Shown here in pieces: positions 10,381 through 20,370 of a stretch of DNA of 64,000 nucleotides (positions within the stretch are counted from its first letter, which is position 1; each line of letters begins with the position of its first letter). The position numbers and the translations under genes were made by a program. The stretch is from Candidatus Nanohalarchaeota archaeon (GTDB taxonomy: Archaea; Nanohalarchaeota; Nanosalinia; Nanosalinales; Nanosalinaceae). Location: NCBI GenBank assembly GCA_022729235.1, contig JALDAJ010000001.1, positions 192,001-256,000 on the forward strand, given 5' to 3'. Below the pieces are notes generated by a model that saw nothing but the letters and a program-made list of their open reading frames with translations, was not told the DNA's origin and searched no databases.

Positions 10381-11564
10381 CAGGGACACCCGAAGTAAAC
10401 ATCGGACTGGTAGGTCACGTAGACCACGGGAAGACCACCTTGACGCAGGCTTTATCCGGTAAATGGACGGACGAGCACTCTGAAGAACTGAGAAGAGGTA
10501 TCACTATCAGGATTGGTTACGCCGACATAACATACTACGAAAACAGTGACGGCGAACTGAACGTCGACGGAGACGGAGAAGAAGTAAGAACCGTTTCACT
10601 TGTTGACGCACCAGGGCACGAAACGCTGATGGCAAACGTTCTTTCTGGAGCCGCCATAATGGACGGCGCAGTACTGCTTATCGCGGCGGACGAGGAATGC
10701 CCGCAACCACAGACACGGGAGCACCTAGCCGCGCTCGACATGATAGGTATCGACAACATCGTCATAGCGCAGAACAAGATAGACCTCGCCGATGAGGATC
10801 AGGTAAAGGAGAACTACCAGCAGATACAGGAGTTCGTGGAGGGAACGGTCGCGGAGGACGCGCCAGTTATCCCTATAAGCGCCCAGCACGGCGTCAATAT
10901 CGATGCACTACTGGAAGCTATCGACAGGGAAATCCCTACCCCCGAGAGAGAACCTGGCGCGGAGCCGAAGATGCTTGCCGCGCGCTCGTTCGACATCAAC
11001 AAGCCAGGCACGCCTATAGAAGACATCAGCGGAGGCGTAATCGGCGGAAGCCTTGTCCAGGGAGAACTGGAAGAGGGTGAAGAAATCGAGCTGAGACCTG
11101 GTAAAAGAGATGGTAAAAACTGGGAGCCGGTAACGACAACTATAGAAAGCATCATGCAGGGCTCCGAACAGACCGGTAAAGGTGATCCCGGCGGTCTACT
11201 CGCGATAGAGACCGGTCTGGACCCGTCCATGACTAAATCAGACGGTCTCGCAGGCAATGTCCTCGGACGTGAAGGAGAACTTCCGGAGACTACAAATCAG
11301 CTGGAGCTGGACGTTGACCTCATGGAAGCTCTCGTAGGGGCTGAGGAAGAGCAGGAGATAGAGAACATCAAAGAGAAGGAGACTCTGATGCTTAACGTAG
11401 GTACCCAAAAAAGCGCTGGAGCAGTTACACAGGCCGGAAAAGACGTGAGAATACAACTCAAGGTACCTGTCTGCGCAGACGAAGGAGACAGAGTGGCGAT
11501 TTCCCGGCAGATAGGCTCTCGATGGCGTTTAATCGGTCATGCGCAGATAAAGAGCCTTGAATAA
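10377..11564 (+). CDS. eif2g: Translation initiation factor aIF2 gamma subunit
   Basis: GHVDHGKT, RGITIRIGYA, DAPGHE, QNKID, RSFDINKPG, WRLIG. Confidence 0.97.
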   Translation: MTGTPEVNIGLVGHVDHGKTTLTQALSGKWTDEHSEELRRGITIRIGYADITYYENSDGELNVDGDGEEVRTVSLVDAPGHETLMANVLSGAAIMDGAVLLIAADEECPQPQTREHLAALDMIGIDNIVIAQNKIDLADEDQVKENYQQIQEFVEGTVAEDAPVIPISAQHGVNIDALLEAIDREIPTPEREPGAEPKMLAARSFDINKPGTPIEDISGGVIGGSLVQGELEEGEEIELRPGKRDGKNWEPVTTTIESIMQGSEQTGKGDPGGLLAIETGLDPSMTKSDGLAGNVLGREGELPETTNQLELDVDLMEALVGAEEEQEIENIKEKETLMLNVGTQKSAGAVTQAGKDVRIQLKVPVCADEGDRVAISRQIGSRWRLIGHAQIKSLE

Positions 11565-11606
11565 CCACGCGGTTTTTTATAACCCAAGTATCTAGTTGAT
11601 GGTTAT

Positions 11607-13124
11607 ATGGTCCTCGACACCGCTCTGCTCGCTCCGGCGAGCGGAGAAGACGCCCTGTTAAGGGTGCTTTTTGCCCTTCTGATACTTGTATTTGGACATA
11701 TAGGTGTGAAACTTGTAGGGCTTGCATCGAGAAAGTTATGGATTCAGGGCAGAGACTTGAACAAGAAAGAGGTTAAAGAAAGACATGAAGCCCTGCAGTA
11801 CCTTACGTACCTGTTTGACGGCGCAGTAGTCGTAGTTGCTCTATTGTATCTCAACGCAGGAATTACTACGGATATAACCACGGAATTTGTACAGTTCATG
11901 CCTGAACTCCTATCTGTCATCCTACTTGGTATACTCGGAATCATACTCATCAACCTCGGTGTAAAGCTAGGGGCAGAATTCCTCGAAATCCTCGGTATGA
12001 AAAGCTACCTCCGGGAAGTAGGTCTCTCGGGAAGCGCACTAAATGTTATCGCAGGACTGGTCAAGGCGTTCCTATACCTTATCCTCCTCCAGATAGCTCT
12101 CGAACAGCTCGGTGTAGGAGAGACTTTCATCAGCGAGCTCGTGACTGCCTCATCCTGGGCTGCCGCACTACTGGCTGCAGGGCTACTTTTCTACGGGTTT
12201 AAGGATTTGTTCCAGAACTTTGCTGCAGGGATTTACCTCAAAAACTCAAGGCTAGTGAGACCTGGAGAAGAGATTAACATGGGTGATGAAACCGGAGAGA
12301 TAAAAGAGATCTCGCTCTTCAGCGCCACAGTTAATACTGACACAGGTTATACCCTGCTAACCCCTAACAAGGAGGTCATGAACTCAGATATCCGTTTCAA
12401 GAGGACTAAAAGCGACGTGGAGACCCTGGAGGATATGAAGGACTACTTCGTCGCCGAAAAGGAGTCCTACAGCGGACCTGCATCGATGGAGATGGCGCTT
12501 GATATCTTCGGCTACAGGAAAGATCAGGAAGAGATAGACGAAGCAGCGGAAAGCCTTGATCCGGAAGACCTCATCACTGCGGTAGAGGAACTGACAGAAG
12601 AAGAGGTAAGAGGTGCTTTCGTACCTCAAGAGAAGATAACAGACATAGGCGACGAATTCAAGGCATGGTTCAATGACGGGGCGTTGCTAACAACATACTT
12701 CGACCGCGAGAAACTGTTCTCCGAGTCGGGCGGAGAGTACGCTCTCTCAGTAGGCTTTGAATCCGATGAGACGCTCGTGATAGACCCGAGCTCGAAGACA
12801 GGCGGAGTTTACTACGTCAACAGGCAGAAACTCTATGAGGCGATGGAGAACAGAGGCTATCTGGTGCTCGCACCTGAGGGAACAACCGCTTACTGGCGTA
12901 TAAAGAACGATTTGATATACGGAGACAAGAACTACTACGAGGAACTCTCCAAGACCCTGGAAACACGGCTGACAAAGATTCTGAGACAGGGAAGAATACT
13001 GAAGAATGTTATGCCTTCGTCCGTGAAGAGCTACATGGAGAACTGGAGATCAGAGCGATACGTCACACGCATATGGCAACCAGAAAAACAGGGGGGAGAA
13101 AATGAGGCTTCTAAAAATAACTGA
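11607..13124 (+). CDS. MscS-family mechanosensitive channel fused to a C39-peptidase-like C-terminal domain
   Basis: Multiple TMs, FKDLFQNFAAGIYL...RPGEEI...GEIKEI (MscS beta domain), then YFVAEKESYSGPASMEMAL...LSVGFE..ETLVIDP. Confidence 0.75.
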   Translation: MVLDTALLAPASGEDALLRVLFALLILVFGHIGVKLVGLASRKLWIQGRDLNKKEVKERHEALQYLTYLFDGAVVVVALLYLNAGITTDITTEFVQFMPELLSVILLGILGIILINLGVKLGAEFLEILGMKSYLREVGLSGSALNVIAGLVKAFLYLILLQIALEQLGVGETFISELVTASSWAAALLAAGLLFYGFKDLFQNFAAGIYLKNSRLVRPGEEINMGDETGEIKEISLFSATVNTDTGYTLLTPNKEVMNSDIRFKRTKSDVETLEDMKDYFVAEKESYSGPASMEMALDIFGYRKDQEEIDEAAESLDPEDLITAVEELTEEEVRGAFVPQEKITDIGDEFKAWFNDGALLTTYFDREKLFSESGGEYALSVGFESDETLVIDPSSKTGGVYYVNRQKLYEAMENRGYLVLAPEGTTAYWRIKNDLIYGDKNYYEELSKTLETRLTKILRQGRILKNVMPSSVKSYMENWRSERYVTRIWQPEKQGGENEASKNN

Positions 13125-13905
13125 CCAGGAGCACGGTCAACTCGATAGAGAGTTCGATGAGGTAGAATCGGCCGGAATCGATGATATATCACCCCAGATA
13201 ATAAACGGGGAGAAAAGCGTAGTTGTCAATGGTAGTTCGATATCAGATTACAACTCGGCCTTCCTTGAGATACCCTCGAAAAATGCGATATTCGGGCGTG
13301 TGCTGCTAGAAGCTATAGAGGAGGAGAATGTTACAGTCAACTATCCTTCGATAGCCTTTTTCGTAATGGCCAAGAAAAACTATCTCTACTACGTCCTACA
13401 CCAGAAAGACATTCCTGCCCCGAGGACAGTAGCAGTTGCATCAGAGAAGGCAGCCAGAAATGTAGAGAAAGAGTTGAAAGGACCGCTAGTTGCCAGGCGG
13501 ATAGAAGACATGGAAGAGGTAGAAAGGAAAAAACTGGAGACGGTTGACGGGATACACGATTTCGCGGAAGGATCGGAATACGAGGAAGATATACTCCTCT
13601 TCCACGAGTACAGCAACGGGGATAAATACAAGTGCCTCGTAATCGGGGACAGTATCTTATCTCTCCAGGACACCTCAGACAACTGGAGGTTTGATAATAG
13701 CAGTCTCCAGTACTCCAACCTTTCCAGCGACCGGAAGGAGACTGTTAAAAAGGCGGCAAGAGCTGTCGGAACCAGGTACGCAGAAGTGATACTTAGAGGA
13801 GACGAGATAACCGATATCAACCCCAACCCCGACCTCCAGATGTACTCAGATCTCTCAGGTAAAAACATCTACGGCAGTGTCGCGGAGGTCCTGAAAAATG
13901 AGTGA
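13102..13905 (+). CDS. RimK-like ATP-grasp protein, degenerate active site
   Basis: RimK-like layout (VNYP, KNYLY..L..KDIPAPRT, HEY, TDINPNP) but no K-x-x-x-G-x-x-G-x-G loop. Confidence 0.7.
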   Translation: MRLLKITDQEHGQLDREFDEVESAGIDDISPQIINGEKSVVVNGSSISDYNSAFLEIPSKNAIFGRVLLEAIEEENVTVNYPSIAFFVMAKKNYLYYVLHQKDIPAPRTVAVASEKAARNVEKELKGPLVARRIEDMEEVERKKLETVDGIHDFAEGSEYEEDILLFHEYSNGDKYKCLVIGDSILSLQDTSDNWRFDNSSLQYSNLSSDRKETVKKAARAVGTRYAEVILRGDEITDINPNPDLQMYSDLSGKNIYGSVAEVLKNE

Positions 13906-14788
13906 CACAAGGCTCGCAATAGTATACGGGGAAATCTCGACCAAGCACCAGCTAATTATGGAACGGGCAGAAGACATCTTCGACTCCGTTCTCGCAGCAC
14001 CGGTAGACGGATTAAAATACATCTACGGCAAGGACGAGACAAAAGTGCTTTACAAAGATATCGACCTCACCGAGTTCGACGCGGTCTACATAAGAATAGA
14101 TGACCGAGACGCTATGTTTGCGGAGCACCTTGTAGAAGTACTGAATGAGGAAGAAGTTATCACCCAGGCTGAGAACGACACATTTGCGTATGACTCCAAC
14201 AAGTTCTACAACATGAAAGTGCTTGCAGAAAACGGGGTGAACGTACCCGACTCCGTATACACTCTATCACCTGATGTAGCCGTTGAAGCAGCGGAGAAAC
14301 TTGGATACCCGGTTATAATGAAGACTGTCAAAGGCGCAGGCGGGGAAGGCGTTATGCGCGCAACATCCGAGAACGAACTAAAACCTGTGATGGATACGAT
14401 GAAATCACTGGAGCAAGAGATCTGTCTCCAGGAGTACAAGGAGCACGACGGCAGTGACACCCGGATGGTCGTGATAGGCAATCACGTAACAGGATACGGT
14501 CGTACCTCAGGCGGAGACGACTGGAGGTCAAATATATCTGCAGGAGGAGAACGAACAGAAGCAGAAATAGATGAGGAGAAAAGAGAGATAGCACTGAAAG
14601 CAGCCCGGTCAACCGGTTTCGATATATGCGGATGCGACATGATAGATACGGAAGAAGGCTTCTACGTCCTGGAAGTCAACGGAGCCTTCGCAGTTAACGA
14701 AAAAATGAACGAGATAATAGGCGATGACGTTATACTACGCCTAGTTGAAAGGATGCACGAGAAGGCTATTGAAAAGAATCGTGACTAA
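13898..14788 (+). CDS. RimK/LysX-family alpha-L-glutamate ligase (ATP-grasp)
   Basis: MKTVKGAGGEGV, QEY, DTRMVV, WRSNISAGG, GCDMI, LEVN. Confidence 0.9.
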   Translation: MSDTRLAIVYGEISTKHQLIMERAEDIFDSVLAAPVDGLKYIYGKDETKVLYKDIDLTEFDAVYIRIDDRDAMFAEHLVEVLNEEEVITQAENDTFAYDSNKFYNMKVLAENGVNVPDSVYTLSPDVAVEAAEKLGYPVIMKTVKGAGGEGVMRATSENELKPVMDTMKSLEQEICLQEYKEHDGSDTRMVVIGNHVTGYGRTSGGDDWRSNISAGGERTEAEIDEEKREIALKAARSTGFDICGCDMIDTEEGFYVLEVNGAFAVNEKMNEIIGDDVILRLVERMHEKAIEKNRD

Positions 14789-15717
14789 CCCATAGATACC
14801 AGAGTTTCAACAAGCCCTTCTACAGTCGGAAGCTTCCGCTTCTTAATCTCTTCATCTTCATAGAAAGCGAGACCTGGCTTCGAATTGAATTCCAGAACCC
14901 ACGGCTTACCATCACTATCGATCATCATATCGACCGAGTATAGACAGGGCTCGTATTTACTGAATTTCTCTTTGACACCCTGAACAGTATCCAGAGCTGT
15001 CTCAGGAACTTCCTCAAGATCAACAAAAGTGATTTCACCCCCAAGATGCACATTACTCAGGAGCCCTTCATCCGGCGTCCTTATATAGGCGAGAGTGTTC
15101 TCCCCGTTCAAAACATAGACCCTTAGATCGTGGACTCCCTCGATACCCAGCTCTTCGATACCTTCAGTCTCTATGAAGCGTTGTACGAGCAGATCTTCTT
15201 CAGGTTCGAACTCTGAGATGTCCTCTATGACCTCTATACCTTTCCCTCCAAAATCGTATCTAGGCTTCACGATAACACGGTCATACTTCTCCAGCATATC
15301 TTTGACCGTCTTCCTATCCGCCTTCTTTGTCTCAGGAATAATACCAGGAAACTCTTGATAGGTTAGAAGCTTATCCTTGCATATCTCCTCAAGATCAAAG
15401 CGGTTCAATACCGGGAGAGCTCTGTTCAACTTTTTCTTCAGCGGAACTGTTTCATCATCAAATTTGAACTTATCGAAAACCACGTCTAACTCAACATCTT
15501 CGACCTCTCTCCAGCCCCCGTCTCTATAAGTAAACCCCTTTCTCAGCCCTGTATCTTCTATCCAGTTAAAATTAGCGATAAAGACCTTACCTCCTCTCTC
15601 TTCAGCAATCTCTGAGAAAATAGCGTAAGACGAGTTCATGTGATCTATATCTTCCCGAAACGGTCTACCTTCCTCACCATTAACCTCATCATCCCAGAGA
15701 ACACTGATTTTCTTCAT
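14785..15717 (-). CDS. ATP-grasp amidoligase (YheC/D- or glutathione-synthetase-like)
   Basis: DKLLTY, VKPRYDFGGKGI, VQRFI, DLRVYV, SNVHLGG, LEFNSKPG. Confidence 0.85.
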   Translation of the reverse strand: MKKISVLWDDEVNGEEGRPFREDIDHMNSSYAIFSEIAEERGGKVFIANFNWIEDTGLRKGFTYRDGGWREVEDVELDVVFDKFKFDDETVPLKKKLNRALPVLNRFDLEEICKDKLLTYQEFPGIIPETKKADRKTVKDMLEKYDRVIVKPRYDFGGKGIEVIEDISEFEPEEDLLVQRFIETEGIEELGIEGVHDLRVYVLNGENTLAYIRTPDEGLLSNVHLGGEITFVDLEEVPETALDTVQGVKEKFSKYEPCLYSVDMMIDSDGKPWVLEFNSKPGLAFYEDEEIKKRKLPTVEGLVETLVSMG

Positions 15718-15778
15718 AGAACAATCCGGTACTTCACCGCTTAAGTCACTTTTTAACAAGCGATAGGCAAGATATATT

Positions 15779-16999
15779 ATGGAAATCGATTTCTCCAGTG
15801 CGGGCGAAGAAACACTGGAAGAGGCGCTCTCAAACAACTCAGACCCGAGTGTGCACGTGTCAAGCGATAGACCCTTAGAAGACCTTTACAACGCCACGCT
15901 ACTCCTGAAGGACAAGGTAAGCGTCGTCAAGAACGCCGGCATCTCCAACCGCGTAGAAGAAAGAGAGCGGTTCATGGATGCATGGGACAACGGAAAAGGC
16001 TTTGAGCCTGACTTCGAGTTCCAGAACTTTCCCTATAACGCAGAAACCACGCTAATGGTGCTTGAGAAACTAAAACAGGAACTGGAAAAAATAGATCAGG
16101 AAACAATGAAGAAGTACGGCGCCAGAGAACTCGGAGCCCAAGACGTCAGAGATCTGTTTAAAGGACTCTTCCAGGAGTACAGGCTGTACGTCCAGCTGGT
16201 CGACTCTATAGACGACCGCGAAAGGTGGAAGAAGAACTCGCTGGAGATCTGGCCGATGATAGATCAGGGTCACGTAGATAAATGCCGGAAAAAGCTGGAG
16301 AAAGGCTTCAAAGTCGAAGAAAAAGACAAAGACTTGGACTCTCACGACCTCAAGTCGATGTGGAAGGAGGAATTAGAGTGTTTGGGCGTGGAATGGAACA
16401 TTGAAGTACGTGAAGTAGGAGGATGCTTCAACATACCAGAGGAGAGAACAGTTGTAGTCGCTGACGGAAGCAACGAGAAACGATATTATTCACGAGAAGA
16501 AGCTCGCATGTTGACTATGCACGAGCTCTTCCACGTGACAAGAGCTTACAACGGAATCAAAGCCGGTGAGAGCGCAGGACTACCTCCCATCCTCGGACTT
16601 CACACCCCTTTTTATGACATGACAGAGGAGGGCGGCGCCATCTACCGCGAAAAGCAGACTAACGTAGACTACCCGGAGAAAGGAAAAGACTACTACCTGA
16701 GGGCATTGGCAGCATACTACCAGCATCAAGATATCGAGTTCCAGGAGATAGTAGAGAAACTGGTCGACCTAGGAGGTAGCGTCGAAAGAAGCTTCTACTT
16801 AGCCGCGAGAAACCGCGAGATGCTCCGGCACCACATCTACCTCGGCGGCTACTGGAAACAGTGGAAGCAGAGGGAAAACGTGGAACCATTACTTCTAGGA
16901 AAAGTCAACCCGGAATGGGCGGAGAGGTTATGGAGTGAAGTAGAAGCAGAAGGTATGCTGGAGAAACCACCGGTTACTTCCAACGACCTTTTCGACTAG
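15779..16999 (+). CDS. DUF1704-like zinc carboxypeptidase (MATCAP-related family)
   Basis: HELFHVTRAYNG zinc motif with downstream TEEGGA (QEGLA-type motif), YLGG, LLLGKV. Confidence 0.75.
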   Translation: MEIDFSSAGEETLEEALSNNSDPSVHVSSDRPLEDLYNATLLLKDKVSVVKNAGISNRVEERERFMDAWDNGKGFEPDFEFQNFPYNAETTLMVLEKLKQELEKIDQETMKKYGARELGAQDVRDLFKGLFQEYRLYVQLVDSIDDRERWKKNSLEIWPMIDQGHVDKCRKKLEKGFKVEEKDKDLDSHDLKSMWKEELECLGVEWNIEVREVGGCFNIPEERTVVVADGSNEKRYYSREEARMLTMHELFHVTRAYNGIKAGESAGLPPILGLHTPFYDMTEEGGAIYREKQTNVDYPEKGKDYYLRALAAYYQHQDIEFQEIVEKLVDLGGSVERSFYLAARNREMLRHHIYLGGYWKQWKQRENVEPLLLGKVNPEWAERLWSEVEAEGMLEKPPVTSNDLFD

Positions 17000-17085
17000 A
17001 CGCTTTTTCTTCGGTTTCAAGAAGATTCTGGAGATACGTCCACAAGACTAATTTAATTTCAGCCCGTTAATTCGTTCTAGATAGA

Positions 17086-17577
17086 ATGGACTTCGTTGTA
17101 AGAGTCGATTATTCAACTGGTTTGGAGGATAAAATCGGATCAAAAGCTGACAGTAGACAAGAACTTTCTGAAATACGAGACCAGTTCTATAAGCCCAACG
17201 GAACGAAGTTGTCAGATTTCAGTCCGCGAGATGTAATCGTTAGAAAACGTACATTTCCAGAGAAAAAGACGCTGGTCAAAATAAACATTATCCAAAAGCC
17301 CCTGGGATACACAGACACAAAAGAGGATGTTGAGAACATTGAAGACTATGAAAAATGGGGAGAATTTACCTCTTACGCCGTCGAATACAGGCTGACCGTA
17401 GAGAACAAGAAAATTCCGATCCTGATAGAAACATTTGACTTCGGCAAATTTATCAAGATAGAATCTCCGTCACCAGAGATACTAGACAGTATTCTCCAAG
17501 AACTTAACCTAGATAGAAGCGAGATAATTGAAAAGAACTCGGCCGAACTACTCGCAGAAGAGAGGGATATGATTTAG
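17086..17577 (+). CDS. Degenerate CYTH-like protein
   Basis: CYTH-like layout (RDQFY, VIVRKR, FGKFIKIES, LQELNL) but no ExExK motif. Confidence 0.5.
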   Translation: MDFVVRVDYSTGLEDKIGSKADSRQELSEIRDQFYKPNGTKLSDFSPRDVIVRKRTFPEKKTLVKINIIQKPLGYTDTKEDVENIEDYEKWGEFTSYAVEYRLTVENKKIPILIETFDFGKFIKIESPSPEILDSILQELNLDRSEIIEKNSAELLAEERDMI

Positions 17578-17627
17578 TATTTCTCAACCAAGAGGCTCCT
17601 TTAAATCTCCCTCTCCAAGAAAAGTTT

Positions 17628-18008
17628 ATGGAAAAGAAAATCCTGCTTGACACAAATTTCCTTGTAGCACCTTTCCAGCTCTCGCTCGACGTTTTCGATG
17701 AACTGGAGCGCATCTATCCGCACGCCGACATCTACACGCTGGACGATGTTATCCAGGAGGCGAAGAGCATTGAATCCGGCCGCTACATATCTCTGGTGGA
17801 GAAACTCATTGAGACACAGGACGTAGAAGTACTTGAAACAGAGGGCGAGGGAGACGTCGACGACCTGCTAGTACAGCTCTGCGATGAGTACGTGGTCGCG
17901 ACCAACGACCGCGAACTAAAGGAGCGTTTACTGGACAGAGACGCCGAAGTCATCATTATCAGAGGCAAGAACCATCTGGAAGTCAAGAACCAGCAGGACT
18001 ACCTGTAG
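17628..18008 (+). CDS. PIN-domain protein (Fcf1/Utp24-like)
   Basis: LLDTNFL, DVDD, VATNDRELK; usual position upstream of rpo7. Confidence 0.9.
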   Translation: MEKKILLDTNFLVAPFQLSLDVFDELERIYPHADIYTLDDVIQEAKSIESGRYISLVEKLIETQDVEVLETEGEGDVDDLLVQLCDEYVVATNDRELKERLLDRDAEVIIIRGKNHLEVKNQQDYL

Positions 18009-18067
18009 TAGGAAACACCATTTAAAAGTTGCGTCAAATCCTCTACTTGTTCTGAGGTATAAAACAG

Positions 18068-18640
18068 ATGTACAAGAGGCTGACAGTGGAAGATTCCGTT
18101 AGGGTACCTCCCGAGCACCTGGGAGATGACCTCGAAGAAAGCGTCCAGGCAGGACTAAAAGAAGAAGTAGAAGGAGAGATCCAGGAAGGACTCGGTGTCG
18201 TGATCGGCGTTGAAGAAGTGAACTCTATCGAAGGCGGCGATATCAAACCGGAGGACGCGGGAGTACACTACGATGTCGAGTACCAGGCGATAGTTTACGA
18301 GCCTGAACTGCATGAGGTAGTGCACGGCGAGGTTGTTGACGTAACAGGATTCGGAGCATTCGTAAGGATAGGTCCTTTCGACGGACTGTGCCACGTAAGC
18401 CAGGTCATGGATGAGTACGTCAACTACGATGAAGAGAACGAGATGCTGGTCGCCGAGGAAGAAAACTTCTCTGTAAGCGTAGGAGATGTATTGATTTCAA
18501 GAATAATCGCAGTTTCACTCGAGAACCAGGAATCCAACAAGATCAACCTGACTATGAGACAGCCCGGACTCGGGAAGGACGAGTGGATCGAAAAATACGA
18601 AGAAGAACAGATAAGTGAAGAGGAAGAAGCCGAGGCATAG
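18068..18640 (+). CDS. rpoE1: RNA polymerase subunit Rpo7 (E')
   Basis: VRVPP, FGAFVRIGPFDGLCHVSQVMD, LTMRQPGLGK. Confidence 0.96.
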   Translation: MYKRLTVEDSVRVPPEHLGDDLEESVQAGLKEEVEGEIQEGLGVVIGVEEVNSIEGGDIKPEDAGVHYDVEYQAIVYEPELHEVVHGEVVDVTGFGAFVRIGPFDGLCHVSQVMDEYVNYDEENEMLVAEEENFSVSVGDVLISRIIAVSLENQESNKINLTMRQPGLGKDEWIEKYEEEQISEEEEAEA

Positions 18641-18650
18641 GTGATCATCG

Positions 18651-18836
18651 ATGGCAGAGAAAGCGTGCAAAAACTGCAATAGAATAGTAGATGGCGCCGA
18701 TGAGTGCCCAGTGTGCAAGAACAACGATCTCTCCAACTCGTGGAGCGGACTTGTTGTCATATACGACCCTGAATCTGAAATCGCGGAAAAACTCGGAATC
18801 CAGACCCCTGGTCGGTACGCCATTCGTGTTAAATAA
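18651..18836 (+). CDS. spt4: Transcription elongation factor Spt4 (RpoE'')
   Basis: ACKNC...CPVC...WSGLVVI.DPE.SEIA..LGI..PGRYA. Confidence 0.95.
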   Translation: MAEKACKNCNRIVDGADECPVCKNNDLSNSWSGLVVIYDPESEIAEKLGIQTPGRYAIRVK

Positions 18837-18868
18837 AAAGCTTTCTCCAACTGTTGAGGATACAAACC

Positions 18869-19369
18869 ATGGAAGCAAGAATTGAATCAGTACGTGAAAA
18901 CCCTCTGCTCGACAGGTTCGAGGTAGAGGTAACACTTGAACACGAAGGAGAATCGACACCGAGCGAAGAAGATGTAGTTTCAAGAATCGCAGCGGAAAAC
19001 AACCTCGACGAAGGCAACATCGAAGTAAACGGCATCTACACAGGCTTCGGTTCACAGACCTCAAGAGCAGAACTGAAAATCCGTGAAGAGTTCGACTATG
19101 ATGAAAACCTCGAGGAAGAAGCCGAGGATCGTGAAGAAGTCGGTGGTGTCGAAGAAACTAGTGAACCAGAAACCGAGGATGAAGAGGAAACAGAAGACGA
19201 AGATGCTTCCGAAGCCGACTACGAGGAACTCGTCGACAACACAATCAGCGACGCCAAAGACGCGCTCGAAGAACTCGAAGAACCAGACTACCAGGCAGCA
19301 CTCGAAGCAGAAAAAGACAACAAAAACCGCACAACATTCACAGACTGGCTGGAAAACCAGACTGAATAA
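18869..19369 (+). CDS. rps24e: 30S ribosomal protein S24e with acidic linker and extra C-terminal helical domain
   Basis: RENPLLDR.EV...HEGESTPS...I.TGFG; follows spt4. Confidence 0.9.
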   Translation: MEARIESVRENPLLDRFEVEVTLEHEGESTPSEEDVVSRIAAENNLDEGNIEVNGIYTGFGSQTSRAELKIREEFDYDENLEEEAEDREEVGGVEETSEPETEDEEETEDEDASEADYEELVDNTISDAKDALEELEEPDYQAALEAEKDNKNRTTFTDWLENQTE

Positions 19370-19407
19370 AAGCTTAAAAGCACAGAGCGGAACAGGTGAA
19401 TTATCAG

Positions 19408-19605
19408 ATGGCGATTCTACGTAACGATGAAATACGAGACATGGACACCGGTGAACTCGAGGAGAAAATGAATGATTTACAGAAAGAGCTTGTCGAGGAA
19501 CGCGGTCAAATCGAAGTCGGAGGTTTTGCAGATAACCCTGGACGTATCAAAGAGATGAAGAAAACCGTTGCAAGGATTAAAACAGTTCTCAACGAACGCG
19601 AGTAA
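19408..19605 (+). CDS. rpl29: 50S ribosomal protein L29
   Basis: MAILRNDEIRDM...NPGRIKEMKKTVARIKT; GGTGA SD. Confidence 0.95.
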   Translation: MAILRNDEIRDMDTGELEEKMNDLQKELVEERGQIEVGGFADNPGRIKEMKKTVARIKTVLNERE

Positions 19606-19614
19606 AAAATACTG

Positions 19615-19926
19615 ATGTCAGAGACTTGTCCTAAATGTGGAATGCCTGAGGATCTTTGTGTATGTGATTCTATAGCCAAAGGCGAACAGACTATAACCGT
19701 TAAACTCGATACCAGAAGTTTCGGCAAGGAGATGACCGTTGTCGAAGGGCTTGACGATGGAGAAGTAGACCTGGGAGATCTCGCATCGACGCTCAAGTCG
19801 AAACTCGCCTGCGGAGGAACCGCCAAGAACGGTCAAATCCAGTTACAGGGCGACCACACCAGGAGAATCACGGAAGTACTAGTCGAGGAAGGCTTCGACG
19901 AAAGCCAGATAGAAGTGAACGCGTAG
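19615..19926 (+). CDS. sui1: Translation initiation factor SUI1/aIF1
   Basis: CPKCGMPEDLCVC, LKSKLACGGT, IQLQGDH. Confidence 0.95.
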   Translation: MSETCPKCGMPEDLCVCDSIAKGEQTITVKLDTRSFGKEMTVVEGLDDGEVDLGDLASTLKSKLACGGTAKNGQIQLQGDHTRRITEVLVEEGFDESQIEVNA

Positions 19927-19937
19927 CCGCATCAGCT

Positions 19938-20279
19938 CTATAACATACCTATCTCGGCATCACTGTAGTCAGTATCAAGAACCCTGACAACAGCTTCAAC
20001 CTCTGCCAAGTCGTTGAATTTATAGGACTTCTTTTCCCACGCCCTGTATACCTCATCGTCTTTCCAGCTTGAGGCGTATAGAAAGATGTCTGCAGACACA
20101 CCGTCTTCCTCCAGTTCAGTAACTACCTCTATCTCCAGTTCGGATCCCTCATACACATCGTTCTCCTCCATAAATCCTCTTACAGCCATTTCTACTTCCT
20201 CATCCTGAAATCCATATTCAGGCAGGTTACCCTGCGAGAAGTCTTCCTGTCCCCCCGGGCTCTCTTTATCGGTACTCAT
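19938..20279 (-). CDS. Acidic hypothetical protein
   Basis: 113-aa acidic ORF with own TATA-like box; no recognisable motif. Confidence 0.6.
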   Translation of the reverse strand: MSTDKESPGGQEDFSQGNLPEYGFQDEEVEMAVRGFMEENDVYEGSELEIEVVTELEEDGVSADIFLYASSWKDDEVYRAWEKKSYKFNDLAEVEAVVRVLDTDYSDAEIGML

Positions 20280-20370
20280 AATGTCTTCATAAAGTAAGCT
20301 CGCCTTATAAACAAGAGTTCACAGCGCCGTAAACAATATTATAATAGGTCTCAAATCCCTGCCCGAGAAC

